A stretch of 64,000 nucleotides of DNA from an uncultured delta proteobacterium (lineage in GTDB: Bacteria > Myxococcota_A > Polyangia > Fen-1088), in contig CAWCMR010000025.1 of assembly GCA_963796685.1 (NCBI GenBank), positions 1,952,001 through 2,016,000 of the forward strand, written 5' to 3'. Positions 50,397-60,866 of the stretch are shown piece after piece. Numbering within the stretch: position 1 is the first letter of the stretch; every line of letters starts with the position of its first letter. The notes under the pieces are model-generated. The model was not told the origin of the DNA. It did no database searches and was given only the letters and a program-made list of their open reading frames with translations. Both the position numbers and the translations under genes were made by a program.

Positions 50397-52184
50397 TAAA
50401 AAGGCACTGTGTCAGAAGGGTGGTAATTCAGATGCATAATGGATCTAAGTCCCGGTGGTTAGTCGCGTTCATTGGTAGCGTCGTCGCCCTGTACTTTGGT
50501 TGCATCTCTGATCCTTTGCCCAAACGCTCCATCTCGACGCCAGATGGTGCCACAGAGGCCGCGCCGCTTATGCCCGAACTCAAGGACCAACCGGGCACAA
50601 GGGTGCTCAAGTGCACGGACGCCTACGGCTCCTCATCGCGCTATGCAGTCGATGATATGACCCGCAAGTTGGTGCGGTTCCCGAGCCTTGCAGCGTCCAT
50701 CGGCCTTACCTCTGTCAGTAACTGTGACGAGGCGATATCCTATGCCGGCGGCTACGATGAGTATTCGGGGCGCAACCCTGGCTTTGAGGAGCGCCCTGAT
50801 CCTAAATGGTCGGGCAATCCACCAACGGTGGACGATCGCGCGATCTTACCGAGGATCAAAGTGAAGGGCGGCGGGAAGACCGACACCTGGGCATTCCCTA
50901 CCAAGGATCATCCCGGCACCAGTCCGGGCCCTGTTGTTAAGATCGAGTCCGTATCTTGGTGGCCAAATGGGCAAGAGCAGATATTCCACAAGACTGCGGC
51001 AGATGGCATTGAATATAACGCCAACCAGTTCTGCGAGATATCCAGCAGCTGTACGGCCTTCTTTATCAACAGAAGTTGGCTATTGACGGCGGCCCACTGT
51101 ATGCAGAACGTGAACAAGTTCCCGGTGACTTACAATCCAGTCATGGTAGACGGACTCCTCACGTGCCAGTATCCTAGCGAGCCTAATCCTGCTTCCACTG
51201 ACCCCAAATACCCCCAAACTGGTGACCACAACGATTACCTTCCGGGCAAGGACATGCATGCGTCACATACGGGAGTTGCCCGCTACGTAATCTCTTGGCC
51301 AGCGAACGGTGATTACCCAAACGACGCTAATCAAGGTGTCTACTCGGTGCGATCAAATGCAGAGGAAATCTACTATGGAGTAGGCCTGTATCAGTTCCCG
51401 CATGAACAGTATGACCCGACGCAGGGTCAGCCCGACCTCAAGCAACCGGAAAACGTGGGCTCGCCAATCAGGCGCGGTCCCGATGTCGCGCTTCTCTCCA
51501 TGGCCAACTGGACCTCAGCGGCCGAATACATGGCACCTGACCTCGACAACGAAGCAGCAATGTACATAAAGGGAAAGCCGACATCGGCGACCGGGAACCC
51601 TGGCGCCGGCCTAACCTTCTGGGTCGCTGGTTATGGGTATAATCCGGCGCAGAACGATGGCGCGCTGTATGACGGAGTTCTGACGGGCAATGTGACATTC
51701 ACGGCTGATTGGCAGGACCAGGACACAAACAACAGGTTCGGCGGCTTCGGTAGCGTTTCGATGAACGTGACCTCTTTGGCCGAAGTCATCGTTTGCTCGG
51801 GAGACTCAGGCTCCCCGCTTTACACGGTGTTCACACCTGTCGATGGCGGACCCAGAAAGTTTATCGCATACGCCGTCCATTCCGGGGCATATCAAGCTCC
51901 ACCGGATGACGGTCGGGCGTGTTCGAAGCCGCCGGGTGACATTCTCTACTGGTCGCGAATAGAGGCTGATGACAGGTTGAGACAGTGGATGAATGTCAAG
52001 ATGGCTAATGGCCCCATAGCAACGACGGAAGATGAACAGGGTAAGTACAACCAGTGCCAACCCATGACCGACGCGGTCAACGGCTTGTACTACAAGTGCT
52101 GGGGAGATCCGTGTGACGGCCTAGATAAAGATGGCTCCTCGCTGTCTAAAATGGACGCGAGGTTGGTTGTTCCGCTAATCTTCC

Positions 52185-53462
52185 GTGGTGCAAAATCCAA
52201 GTTCTGGTCTTGACGTCAATGCGCTTTTTACAGTGGCTCTCGGCATGGTCAATCCATGGGAGGTCGTAGAGCTGAACCTTGACGCCGAGAAGAAGCGCCT
52301 CGACATCAAAGTCGACTTCAAGCCGGGGAGCACCTTCCCTTGCCCTACGTGTGGCGATGCTTGCAAGGTACACGATGCCTCGCCGCAGACATGGCGACAC
52401 CTGAACTTCTTCCAGTACCTCACCTATGTCGAGGCAAGACAACCTCGAACCAAGTGTGACAAGCACGGCGTCTTGACGGTCGATGTGCCATGGGCTCGTG
52501 GCGGGTCGAACTTCACCCTTCTCTTCGAGGCGATGGTGGTGGAACTGGCACGCAACGGCCTCACGGTGGCGGCGGTCGGTCGCATCGTCGGCGAGCATGA
52601 CACGCTCCTGTGGCGCATCCTGGAACACTACGTGGACGAGGCCCGTGAGCGAGCCGACTACAGCCAGGTCGCCGAGGTTGGCGTCGACGAGACTTCGCGG
52701 CAGAAGAACCACGTCTATGTCACGGTCTTTGCCGACATGGTTGCGGCGAAAGTCTTGTTCGTCACGGAGGGGAAAGATCACGGCACGGTGGCTTGTTTCA
52801 AGGACGATCTGCTCGCTCACGGTGGAGACGTGAAGAAGGTGACGGACTTCAGTCTCGACATGTCGCAGGCATTCATCAAGGGCATCTTGGAGACGTTTCC
52901 GGCGGCGCACCTAACCTTCGACAGGTTCCATGTCATCCAACTCATGAACGACGCAATCGATGAGGTGCGAAGGCAGGAGCAGAAGTCCTCTCCGGAGTTG
53001 AAGGGCACGCGCCACGACTGGCTGAGGAACGAGGCCAACATCAAATCCGAGAACAGGGAGCACTTCGCGGTCTTGCGCTCCTCCAAATTGGCCACTGCGC
53101 GGGCCTACCACATCAAGCTCATGCTACAGGAGTTGTATAGCCTGAGTGCGGATGAAGCGGAGGCGTGGTTTCAGCGCTGGTATTTCTGGGCCACCCATAG
53201 CCGATTGGAACCCGTCATCAGGGCCGCCAAGACCCTCAAGGCGCACCAGGCAGGCGTGATGAGATGGTTCATGTCAGGCCTGACGAATGGTCTCTTGGAA
53301 GGACTCAACAGCCTCATCCAGGCGGCCAAGGCGCGGGCGCGTGGCTTTCGCTCCGCGCGCAAAATGAAGACTGTGATTTATGGCTCCTCGCTGTCTAAAA
53401 TGGACGCGAGGTTGGTTGTTCCGCTAATCTTCCGTGGTGCAAAATCCAAGTTCTGGTCTTGA
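52185..53462 (+). pseudogene. ISL3 transposase of the outer copy, C-terminus replaced
   Basis: Identical to 53434-54696 up to KMKTVIY, then reads into the inner copy's left end. Confidence 0.85.
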
Positions 53463-54705
53463 CGTCAATGCGCTTTTTACAGTGGCTCTCGGCATGGTCA
53501 ATCCATGGGAGGTCGTAGAGCTGAACCTTGACGCCGAGAAGAAGCGCCTCGACATCAAAGTCGACTTCAAGCCGGGGAGCACCTTCCCTTGCCCTACGTG
53601 TGGCGATGCTTGCAAGGTACACGATGCCTCGCCGCAGACATGGCGACACCTGAACTTCTTCCAGTACCTCACCTATGTCGAGGCAAGACAACCTCGAACC
53701 AAGTGTGACAAGCACGGCGTCTTGACGGTCGATGTGCCATGGGCTCGTGGCGGGTCGAACTTCACCCTTCTCTTCGAGGCGATGGTGGTGGAACTGGCAC
53801 GCAACGGCCTCACGGTGGCGGCGGTCGGTCGCATCGTCGGCGAGCATGACACGCTCCTGTGGCGCATCCTGGAACACTACGTGGACGAGGCCCGTGAGCG
53901 AGCCGACTACAGCCAGGTCGCCGAGGTTGGCGTCGACGAGACTTCGCGGCAGAAGAACCACGTCTATGTCACGGTCTTTGCCGACATGGTTGCGGCGAAA
54001 GTCTTGTTCGTCACGGAGGGGAAAGATCACGGCACGGTGGCTTGTTTCAAGGACGATCTGCTCGCTCACGGTGGAGACGTGAAGAAGGTGACGGACTTCA
54101 GTCTCGACATGTCGCAGGCATTCATCAAGGGCATCTTGGAGACGTTTCCGGCGGCGCACCTAACCTTCGACAGGTTCCATGTCATCCAACTCATGAACGA
54201 CGCAATCGATGAGGTGCGAAGGCAGGAGCAGAAGTCCTCTCCGGAGTTGAAGGGCACGCGCCACGACTGGCTGAGGAACGAGGCCAACATCAAATCCGAG
54301 AACAGGGAGCACTTCGCGGTCTTGCGCTCCTCCAAATTGGCCACTGCGCGGGCCTACCACATCAAGCTCATGCTACAGGAGTTGTATAGCCTGAGTGCGG
54401 ATGAAGCGGAGGCGTGGTTTCAGCGCTGGTATTTCTGGGCCACCCATAGCCGATTGGAACCCGTCATCAGGGCCGCCAAGACCCTCAAGGCGCACCAGGC
54501 AGGCGTGATGAGATGGTTCATGTCAGGCCTGACGAATGGTCTCTTGGAAGGACTCAACAGCCTCATCCAGGCGGCCAAGGCGCGGGCGCGTGGCTTTCGC
54601 TCCGCGCGCAAAATGAAGACTGTGATTTATCTGCTGCTGTCAAAACTGGACTTCAGACTTCCCTGTGCATTTCCCAATTCAATCCATTCCAAATAGCGAG
54701 GAGCC
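53382..54705 (+). mobile_element. ISL3-family element (inner intact copy, 1324 bp)
   Basis: Both IRs present; 8-bp TSD TGATTTAT (53374-53381, 54706-54713). Confidence 0.95.
53434..54696 (+). CDS. ISL3 transposase (intact)
   Basis: CPTC, WRHLNFF, VPWAR, GVDETS, DMS, DRFHV, NGLLEGLNS, KARARGFR. Confidence 0.95.
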   Translation: MVQNPSSGLDVNALFTVALGMVNPWEVVELNLDAEKKRLDIKVDFKPGSTFPCPTCGDACKVHDASPQTWRHLNFFQYLTYVEARQPRTKCDKHGVLTVDVPWARGGSNFTLLFEAMVVELARNGLTVAAVGRIVGEHDTLLWRILEHYVDEARERADYSQVAEVGVDETSRQKNHVYVTVFADMVAAKVLFVTEGKDHGTVACFKDDLLAHGGDVKKVTDFSLDMSQAFIKGILETFPAAHLTFDRFHVIQLMNDAIDEVRRQEQKSSPELKGTRHDWLRNEANIKSENREHFAVLRSSKLATARAYHIKLMLQELYSLSADEAEAWFQRWYFWATHSRLEPVIRAAKTLKAHQAGVMRWFMSGLTNGLLEGLNSLIQAAKARARGFRSARKMKTVIYLLLSKLDFRLPCAFPNSIHSK

Positions 54706-55065
54706 TGATTTATCTGCTGCTGTCAAAACTGGACTTCAGACTTCCCTGTGCATTTCCCAATTCAATCCATTCCAAATAGCGAGGAGCCATAAAGATAACG
54801 GAAGCCAACACTGGTGCGACGACTACCAATCATGTGTTGGGTCTGGCAAGCAGCTTGATGATCAGCACCGTCCGTGCCTAGGCTGCCCCAATGCCCCGGC
54901 TGACAAGCCTTGCTCGTGTATCATGGGGTACTGCCAGTGGGACTCAGCAAAATTGGCCAACGCCGGTTTCGGAGGTGCGGGTGGAGCAAGTGGCGCGGGG
55001 GGGTCTAGCGGTGAGGGTGGCTCCACAGATGAGGGTGGCTCCACAGGTGAGGGAGGAAGTGCACC

Positions 55066-58000
55066 ATGAAAGGGTATACCGTGATGTTGAGGCGATCCGG
55101 CTCAGCCTTTGCGGTGCACGGCCTCCCGGCCTATCGTGCGCTCTTGGCCGCAACGATTCTGGCTGCAGCCGTCGGCTGCAGCTCGAAGGATGACGCCACT
55201 GGGAATGACCGCACAGGCTCAGCCGTGGTTGCGGCGAGGTCGAAAGCAATCATTACCGTGACCTCCACGCAAACCGCGACCGGAACCGTGACATCAACAG
55301 CCTACGGGACCAATTCCTGGACATCACTCGGGACGGTGACGACCACGGCCCTCGGAACGGTGACCTCGACGGCACTGGGGACCGTGACGACTACGGCGCT
55401 CGGGAGCCAGACCTGGACTTCGTACGGGACCGTTACATCTACCGCGCTCGGAACCCAGACTTGGACGTCGTACGGGACGGTGACATCGACGGCACTTGGG
55501 ACGGTGACATCAACGGCACTTGGGACGGTGACATCAACGGCGCTTGGGACGGTGACTACGACAGCATTGGGGACGGTGACGTCGACAGGGTTGGGAACGG
55601 GAACTGTGACGGCGACCGTAACAAACACTGCGACGATGATATCGACAAGTACGCAATACGTCACGGTGACCGGCACCGTTTCTGGGACGTGGACTGTGAC
55701 GGCGTGGTCCACTGGTTCTTGGACGGGCCCCGCCACCAAGACCCAGACGACGACGAACGTTTCCCCCAATCAGAAGCCTGTTACATCTAGCATCACTGGG
55801 ACCAAGACAGCCACCGATACCTCTGGCTACAATAGCGGAGTAACGAAGACCGTCACGGGCACGGTCACACAATTTGCCACCTGGGCGGGGACAACGACTG
55901 TCACGATGAGCGACACCGCGACCGGGACAAACCACTACAGTGGTTCTGGCACGCGAACGGTCAGCGGGACCGCGTCCAATACCGGAACGGCTACAGGCAC
56001 TTGGACCTACAGACTTACAAGTACGGCAACTCAGACGGCCCACAACACGGTGACGAACTACAATACACTGACGAACTACAATACCGTGACGGTCTATAAC
56101 ACGGTAACGAGCTACAACACGGTGACGGTATCGAATACGCTAACGAACCACAATACCGTGACGGTATCAAATACGCTGACAAACCACAATACCGTGACGA
56201 TTTCCAATACGGTGACAAACTACAACACCGTGACGAATTCGAATACGGTGACAAACTACAACACCGTGACGAATTCGAATACCGGGATCGTCACCACGAC
56301 GGGTACGGGCACGGCGACGGCAACTTCAACCAACACAGTTACGATCATCGTTCCGTTCCCAGTTGGGCTTGGGGTTGACACCAGGGCTGTCGGTGCTAAC
56401 GGGTCGCTTCAGGTGGGGGATCGTTCCAAGTCTCAGATGGGCGACGGCACGCCTGGCCCAATGTCCAACGCAGGGAGCGGTGTGGCAGATATCGGGGTGG
56501 ACTGCCAAATTGGAAGCCTGACCAGCCTAGGTTCGGTCTCGCTGCGGGAACGGGCACATATTCTTGGAAATCTGACGACATCGGGCACGGTGAATCCGCA
56601 AAACGATACCGTGGTTACCGGAACGACAACCCAGAATGCAGTGTTGACGCCGCTCTCGATCATGGCCTGGAGCACAGTGGTTCCGGCGACGAACATGGGC
56701 AACGTCCTACTCTATCCCGGTAGCAATGCCACGGTGAATCCTGGCGCGTACACAGATCTTACCGTCTACACCGGGTCAAACATGACCCTGACTTCTGGCA
56801 CGTACTACGCAACATCGTTCGATATCGAGCCGCAGGCGACGCTGACCCTTAATATGACCTCGGGCCCGATCGTGGTGTACGCGACCGGGGCAATCGTATA
56901 CAGGGGGACCATGGTGAACCAGGGGGGGACTGACGGAGCCTTCATGCTGGTCGAGTTGGGCGACACCGATATGGCCGTCGAGAACACATTCATCGGCACC
57001 ATCGTGGTGCCCAACGCGACGTTGACGTTGGGGGCAACCGTTCCCCTCACACTGCAGGGCCAGTTCTATGGGCAGAATATCGTCGTTCGCCCGGATACGA
57101 CCCTGGCGGCGAAATCGTTCCCGTGGACTGCGCTTAACCCGCCGTCCGGGGGTGAGTGCTGGTCCGCTGACGACACGGACAACGACGGGGTGTGGGATTG
57201 CCATGACAAGTGCCCGTACGATAAGAATAAGACAGAGCCTGGCGTCTGCGGTTGTAACATTCCTGATGTCAATAGCGACAGCGATGTAGCTCCCGACTGC
57301 ATCGATCAATGCCCCACTGATCCTAACAAGACCACGCCGGGACAGTGTGGGTGCCTGGACAAAGGATTTACAGCTGCGGGAACGCCATGCACCGACCGAC
57401 CCTGCCCACAACTTGGGCCACAGGAAGACACGGTGTGCAATGGCATGGGGGCCTGTGGAGATGTGAGCTCGTGCATACCAAATGAGGGGGACTGCAAGCT
57501 CTTAACCCTGGGCCAGATGGCCTATTATTTCTGCGACGCCACCTCGATGCCAGGCGAGCCACCACCTGCGGGGACTCCTCAGGCGAACGCAGAAAACGCC
57601 TGCCGGCAGAAAGGCATGGCGTTGATAAGTGTTGAAGACGCCACGAAGAACGAGAACATCCGGCGGATGCTTTCGGCGCCTATCTGGCTTGGGGCGAATT
57701 CCCTCTCAACCGCGGGTGTGTGGAGATGGGCGACGGCGGCCACAGACGACGGCAGCCAGTTCTGGAGTGGCGGTGCGAACGGGTCTAGGGTTGGAAACAT
57801 GTATGTGAACTGGGCAGCCAATGCCCCAGCGGATGGACAGTGTGCAGCGATGAACCCGGCAGATGGAAAGTGGTTTGCTGCAGACTGCGGATCGAACCTG
57901 GGCTATGTCTGCGAGTATTGGATGCCGTGGGCGAGCGTGCCCCCTCTTGGTGGTCCCCCAGTCCCGCTAGCTCCGCCGCCGATGGATAAGTGTACCCCCG

Positions 58001-60747
58001 AGAGCGCATCGATAGCCCAGCTGCCGCAGCCCGTCGGGAATCCTCCATCGGATGCCGCAATTCTTGCTGCTCAAGACGAGCTGCTGTGGCAGATAGGGCA
58101 CCCCGATGCAGGACAAGGCGCAGCGAGGAATCCTCCTGGGCCAGGCTCAACCTGTCCTCAGCCTGACCCATCGACCCTCGCGCTAGGACCAGTAGGACCA
58201 AGCGGACTGGCCGGGGTAGGCTGTCAGATTACAAACCAGAAGCTAGTTGACGGAGGGGCAGCTGGGGAGTGTACCAGCGATGAGCAGTGTCAGAGGAATT
58301 TTGGCGCCTCATATGTCTGTCGCGAGATCATGGATGATCCGCAGTGTCCAAAGACCTACGACCCGAACACCGACGCTTCACCGTGTAAGGAACGCGCCTG
58401 GTGCGTTGTTCTTGACTGTTCAGGACTGACGCTTCCAGGTGATAATAATCCATGCGACGAGATCCAAATCTGCAATCCGGGCAGCGAGTATGACGCCGGC
58501 GTGGATCCTGACACGAGATGGGATCCCCCGACTTTCGATCCTGGTCCGCTATTCCCGGGTGGCACGGTTCCCGACGCGAGCCCATCATCGGCCTTTAACA
58601 AAGATGATCCGAACCCGGGCGAAGCCGATGCAGGTGTGAACCACCCGTGGTGCAAGTTCACCACGCAGAACCCAGCGATGCCTGCGGCGGATCAACCAGG
58701 CAACAACAGCCCTAGTGCGAAGACTGATCAGAGCAAAGCAATCAGCCTTAGCTTCGACCCCAAGCTCACCTTCAATATCAACATAAGCCCAATTGCGATG
58801 GGCGAGACTAACCTTTCGATCAGGGCAGGGGCGAGTATGGGCGCGACGGTAAAGATCAATTCGTTCCTGGGAATGCCCTCGATGGAGAAGACCATACTCT
58901 ACGCTGGCGCAAGTCTTGCCCTGGAACGGTGCACTTTCCGAACAGACGATACACGACTTGAGCTCTTCGGCATCAATGTCCCGATCGACGACTATGTTCC
59001 TATCCTCAACACATCGATTAACCCGGAGGATCCGAGCACCGGTGACCCGAACCATTCAAACCAGGCGTTGTACAATGTCAGCAAGGCTTGCACGGATGCG
59101 CTGAATACGTACCAGGTCTGGTCCGGTCGCGTGAAGAAGTCTTTCCGCGATGCCCAACAGCTTCTCAAACAGTATCACGCCTTGGCCGGTATGCTGAACA
59201 AGGACAGCCTGTGTGCTGCAATCGAGTCGGTTGGCCCCGAGGTTCATGACTTTCCCGGTGGCGCAAAGTGCTACGAGAATGAATCGGTCGAGGACCTCAT
59301 CAATCGGTTCGTCTACTATTATCAAGCTCCGGGTATCGGACAGGTCACCAAGATGAAGGCCATGGCAGGCGGGCTGAAAGGTGCAAGCGCCGCGCTAATC
59401 CAGGGGATTATCGGAGCGTTGGCGGCGAAATGGAAGGAGGGGGGGCCGGGTGACTCAATGATTGAAATCAATTTCCTGAAGATCGACCATCCATATGCCC
59501 AGACCATCGCAAACGTGCCGTTCGCTATCGGTCCAATACCATGTGTGCTGCAGGTCGACATTGCGGCCAACTATGGCATCGTCGGCAATTTCGGGCTCGA
59601 CCTCAATTTTCCGACGGATATCCTTTTCGGCGACCCACCAGTATATGGACAACAAATAGCGCATGCTCGGGCGCAGGTTGTACCTTATGCGTCGGCGAAG
59701 TTGTCGGCATTTGTCGGAGCTGGATTTGACTACGGACCGTTCTCTGCAACATTAGGTATCGAAGGCTCGGTCAGTCTTGCGAAGATCCGCCTACCGATGT
59801 ACGGGGGAGCGGGCCTTGACGTGGATGTGCTGCAAGATTACCGCCCAATTCCTACTGACGTCGGGCCCCCCGTCTCCATAGCAACAAATGCTTTCAGTTT
59901 CGGGATTCCGAAAAACTTTACCTTCCACGCCACATACGACTATGGGATCAGGGTTGACGTGGACGACATTCTAGCTGGGGCCATCAATGCCCGGCTTCGC
60001 ATCAAGTTCGGCTGGTTTTTCAGCAGGACCTGGCGCAAGCAGATCGCGAAGTTCAATGGCATGAGTTTCCACAAAGACATTCTCGAGGGTCAAGGTACGA
60101 TTGCGAACGTTAACGTCAATTTGAGCCGCAACACACCTCCGCTGCCACCAACGGGGGCTTCTGCCCAGCTGCTTGGGGCTCCCGATGGTACGAAGGTGGA
60201 CGATGCAACGGCTACCACCGCGGTAGGTAACGCCACGATGGGGATTTCGGAGAGCGAAGTGCCATTGACTGTTCTTGCCTATCTGCCCGGCCCGGGCGAC
60301 CCGAACTACCACTATACTCCGGGGACTCTACCCGACGGTGGGGTCGGCGTTGATGGCGGACCGACCGGGCCAGGCCAAGTGACCTTCGAGAAGCTGGCAG
60401 GGTTGTTCTACGATAATCAGTGCTGCGCAAAGCTGGGAGATGCCTGCGAGGTAGACTATACCCCGTACCCGCCTTGCTGCCCAGGCACAGATTGCACTCC
60501 GGATACGAATGCTCCGTCGGTCAAGCACTGTACACAAGGGTGTCGAGCTCAAGGGGTGGAGTGCACAGGCGGTGGCCAGTGCTGCCCAGTCAATGACAGT
60601 GTGATTTGCAACAGTTCTGGTCTCTGCGGGACCTGTTCCAAAGGGCCCCCCGAGGACAGCCTAGGATGCACGACCGATGCGGACTGCTGCTACAACTATG
60701 CCTGCTATCATGGCGACCACTGTGTTTACCAAGGCGTCATCTACTGA
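55066..60747 (+). CDS. 1893-aa multidomain surface lipoprotein: Thr-rich repeats, beta-helix, TSP3 repeats, C-type lectin, beta-sheet domain, Cys-rich tail
   Basis: AAVGC lipobox; TVTSTALG and xNTVTN arrays; PGAY...GTYY...FIGTIVVP beta-helix; DTDNDGVWDCHDKCP; CTLD YYFC...IWLGAN...WRW...YVNW...GKW...YVCE; CC-rich end. Confidence 0.85.
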   Translation: MKGYTVMLRRSGSAFAVHGLPAYRALLAATILAAAVGCSSKDDATGNDRTGSAVVAARSKAIITVTSTQTATGTVTSTAYGTNSWTSLGTVTTTALGTVTSTALGTVTTTALGSQTWTSYGTVTSTALGTQTWTSYGTVTSTALGTVTSTALGTVTSTALGTVTTTALGTVTSTGLGTGTVTATVTNTATMISTSTQYVTVTGTVSGTWTVTAWSTGSWTGPATKTQTTTNVSPNQKPVTSSITGTKTATDTSGYNSGVTKTVTGTVTQFATWAGTTTVTMSDTATGTNHYSGSGTRTVSGTASNTGTATGTWTYRLTSTATQTAHNTVTNYNTLTNYNTVTVYNTVTSYNTVTVSNTLTNHNTVTVSNTLTNHNTVTISNTVTNYNTVTNSNTVTNYNTVTNSNTGIVTTTGTGTATATSTNTVTIIVPFPVGLGVDTRAVGANGSLQVGDRSKSQMGDGTPGPMSNAGSGVADIGVDCQIGSLTSLGSVSLRERAHILGNLTTSGTVNPQNDTVVTGTTTQNAVLTPLSIMAWSTVVPATNMGNVLLYPGSNATVNPGAYTDLTVYTGSNMTLTSGTYYATSFDIEPQATLTLNMTSGPIVVYATGAIVYRGTMVNQGGTDGAFMLVELGDTDMAVENTFIGTIVVPNATLTLGATVPLTLQGQFYGQNIVVRPDTTLAAKSFPWTALNPPSGGECWSADDTDNDGVWDCHDKCPYDKNKTEPGVCGCNIPDVNSDSDVAPDCIDQCPTDPNKTTPGQCGCLDKGFTAAGTPCTDRPCPQLGPQEDTVCNGMGACGDVSSCIPNEGDCKLLTLGQMAYYFCDATSMPGEPPPAGTPQANAENACRQKGMALISVEDATKNENIRRMLSAPIWLGANSLSTAGVWRWATAATDDGSQFWSGGANGSRVGNMYVNWAANAPADGQCAAMNPADGKWFAADCGSNLGYVCEYWMPWASVPPLGGPPVPLAPPPMDKCTPESASIAQLPQPVGNPPSDAAILAAQDELLWQIGHPDAGQGAARNPPGPGSTCPQPDPSTLALGPVGPSGLAGVGCQITNQKLVDGGAAGECTSDEQCQRNFGASYVCREIMDDPQCPKTYDPNTDASPCKERAWCVVLDCSGLTLPGDNNPCDEIQICNPGSEYDAGVDPDTRWDPPTFDPGPLFPGGTVPDASPSSAFNKDDPNPGEADAGVNHPWCKFTTQNPAMPAADQPGNNSPSAKTDQSKAISLSFDPKLTFNINISPIAMGETNLSIRAGASMGATVKINSFLGMPSMEKTILYAGASLALERCTFRTDDTRLELFGINVPIDDYVPILNTSINPEDPSTGDPNHSNQALYNVSKACTDALNTYQVWSGRVKKSFRDAQQLLKQYHALAGMLNKDSLCAAIESVGPEVHDFPGGAKCYENESVEDLINRFVYYYQAPGIGQVTKMKAMAGGLKGASAALIQGIIGALAAKWKEGGPGDSMIEINFLKIDHPYAQTIANVPFAIGPIPCVLQVDIAANYGIVGNFGLDLNFPTDILFGDPPVYGQQIAHARAQVVPYASAKLSAFVGAGFDYGPFSATLGIEGSVSLAKIRLPMYGGAGLDVDVLQDYRPIPTDVGPPVSIATNAFSFGIPKNFTFHATYDYGIRVDVDDILAGAINARLRIKFGWFFSRTWRKQIAKFNGMSFHKDILEGQGTIANVNVNLSRNTPPLPPTGASAQLLGAPDGTKVDDATATTAVGNATMGISESEVPLTVLAYLPGPGDPNYHYTPGTLPDGGVGVDGGPTGPGQVTFEKLAGLFYDNQCCAKLGDACEVDYTPYPPCCPGTDCTPDTNAPSVKHCTQGCRAQGVECTGGGQCCPVNDSVICNSSGLCGTCSKGPPEDSLGCTTDADCCYNYACYHGDHCVYQGVIY
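55285..55596 (+). repeat. 13 x 24-bp coding tandem repeat (TVTSTALG)
   Basis: Counted units: TVTSTAYG, TNSWTSLG, TVTTTALG, TVTSTALG, TVTTTALG, SQTWTSYG, TVTSTALG, TQTWTSYG, 3x TVTSTALG, TVTTTALG, TVTSTGLG. Confidence 0.92.
56041..56274 (+). repeat. 13 x 18-bp coding tandem repeat ([Y/S/H]NTVTN)
   Basis: Counted 13 full units from HNTVTN to YNTVTN, followed by a partial SNT. Confidence 0.92.
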
Positions 60748-60866
60748 GGACTCAAGTTTACTCGGTCGATGCGAAGTGCCGCGCGGCTTTCGGCTTTGCT
60801 TGTTATCACAGCGCTATACGCATCCGCCCCGAAGCTATCCCATCGATTTCAGGAGAGACACGAGAG

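Larger units (their letters stand above)
52133..54788 (+). mobile_element. ISL3-family element (outer copy, 1324 bp) disrupted by an identical copy
   Basis: Ends GGCTCCTCGCT / AGCGAGGAGCC; 8-bp TSD ATAAAGAT (52125-52132, 54789-54796). Confidence 0.94.
50432..55069 (+). pseudogene. S1 (chymotrypsin-fold) serine protease lipoprotein interrupted by nested ISL3
   Basis: Triad LLTAAHC, PDVALL, CSGDSGSP; frame CDGLDKD|NGSQHWC resumes after 54796; about 657 aa reconstituted; ATGA overlap with the next gene. Confidence 0.88.

Noticed and set aside
52133-54788. Tandem ISL3 as an assembly artefact or simple tandem dimer
   Set aside because: A distinct internal 8-bp TSD and exact length bookkeeping (1324 bp each) fit genuine nested transposition.
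55285-56274. CRISPR array, or a true InaZ ice-nucleation gene
   Set aside because: Repeats are in-frame with synonymous variation, have no spacers and no cas genes nearby; they lack the AGYGSTxT consensus and the length of InaZ.
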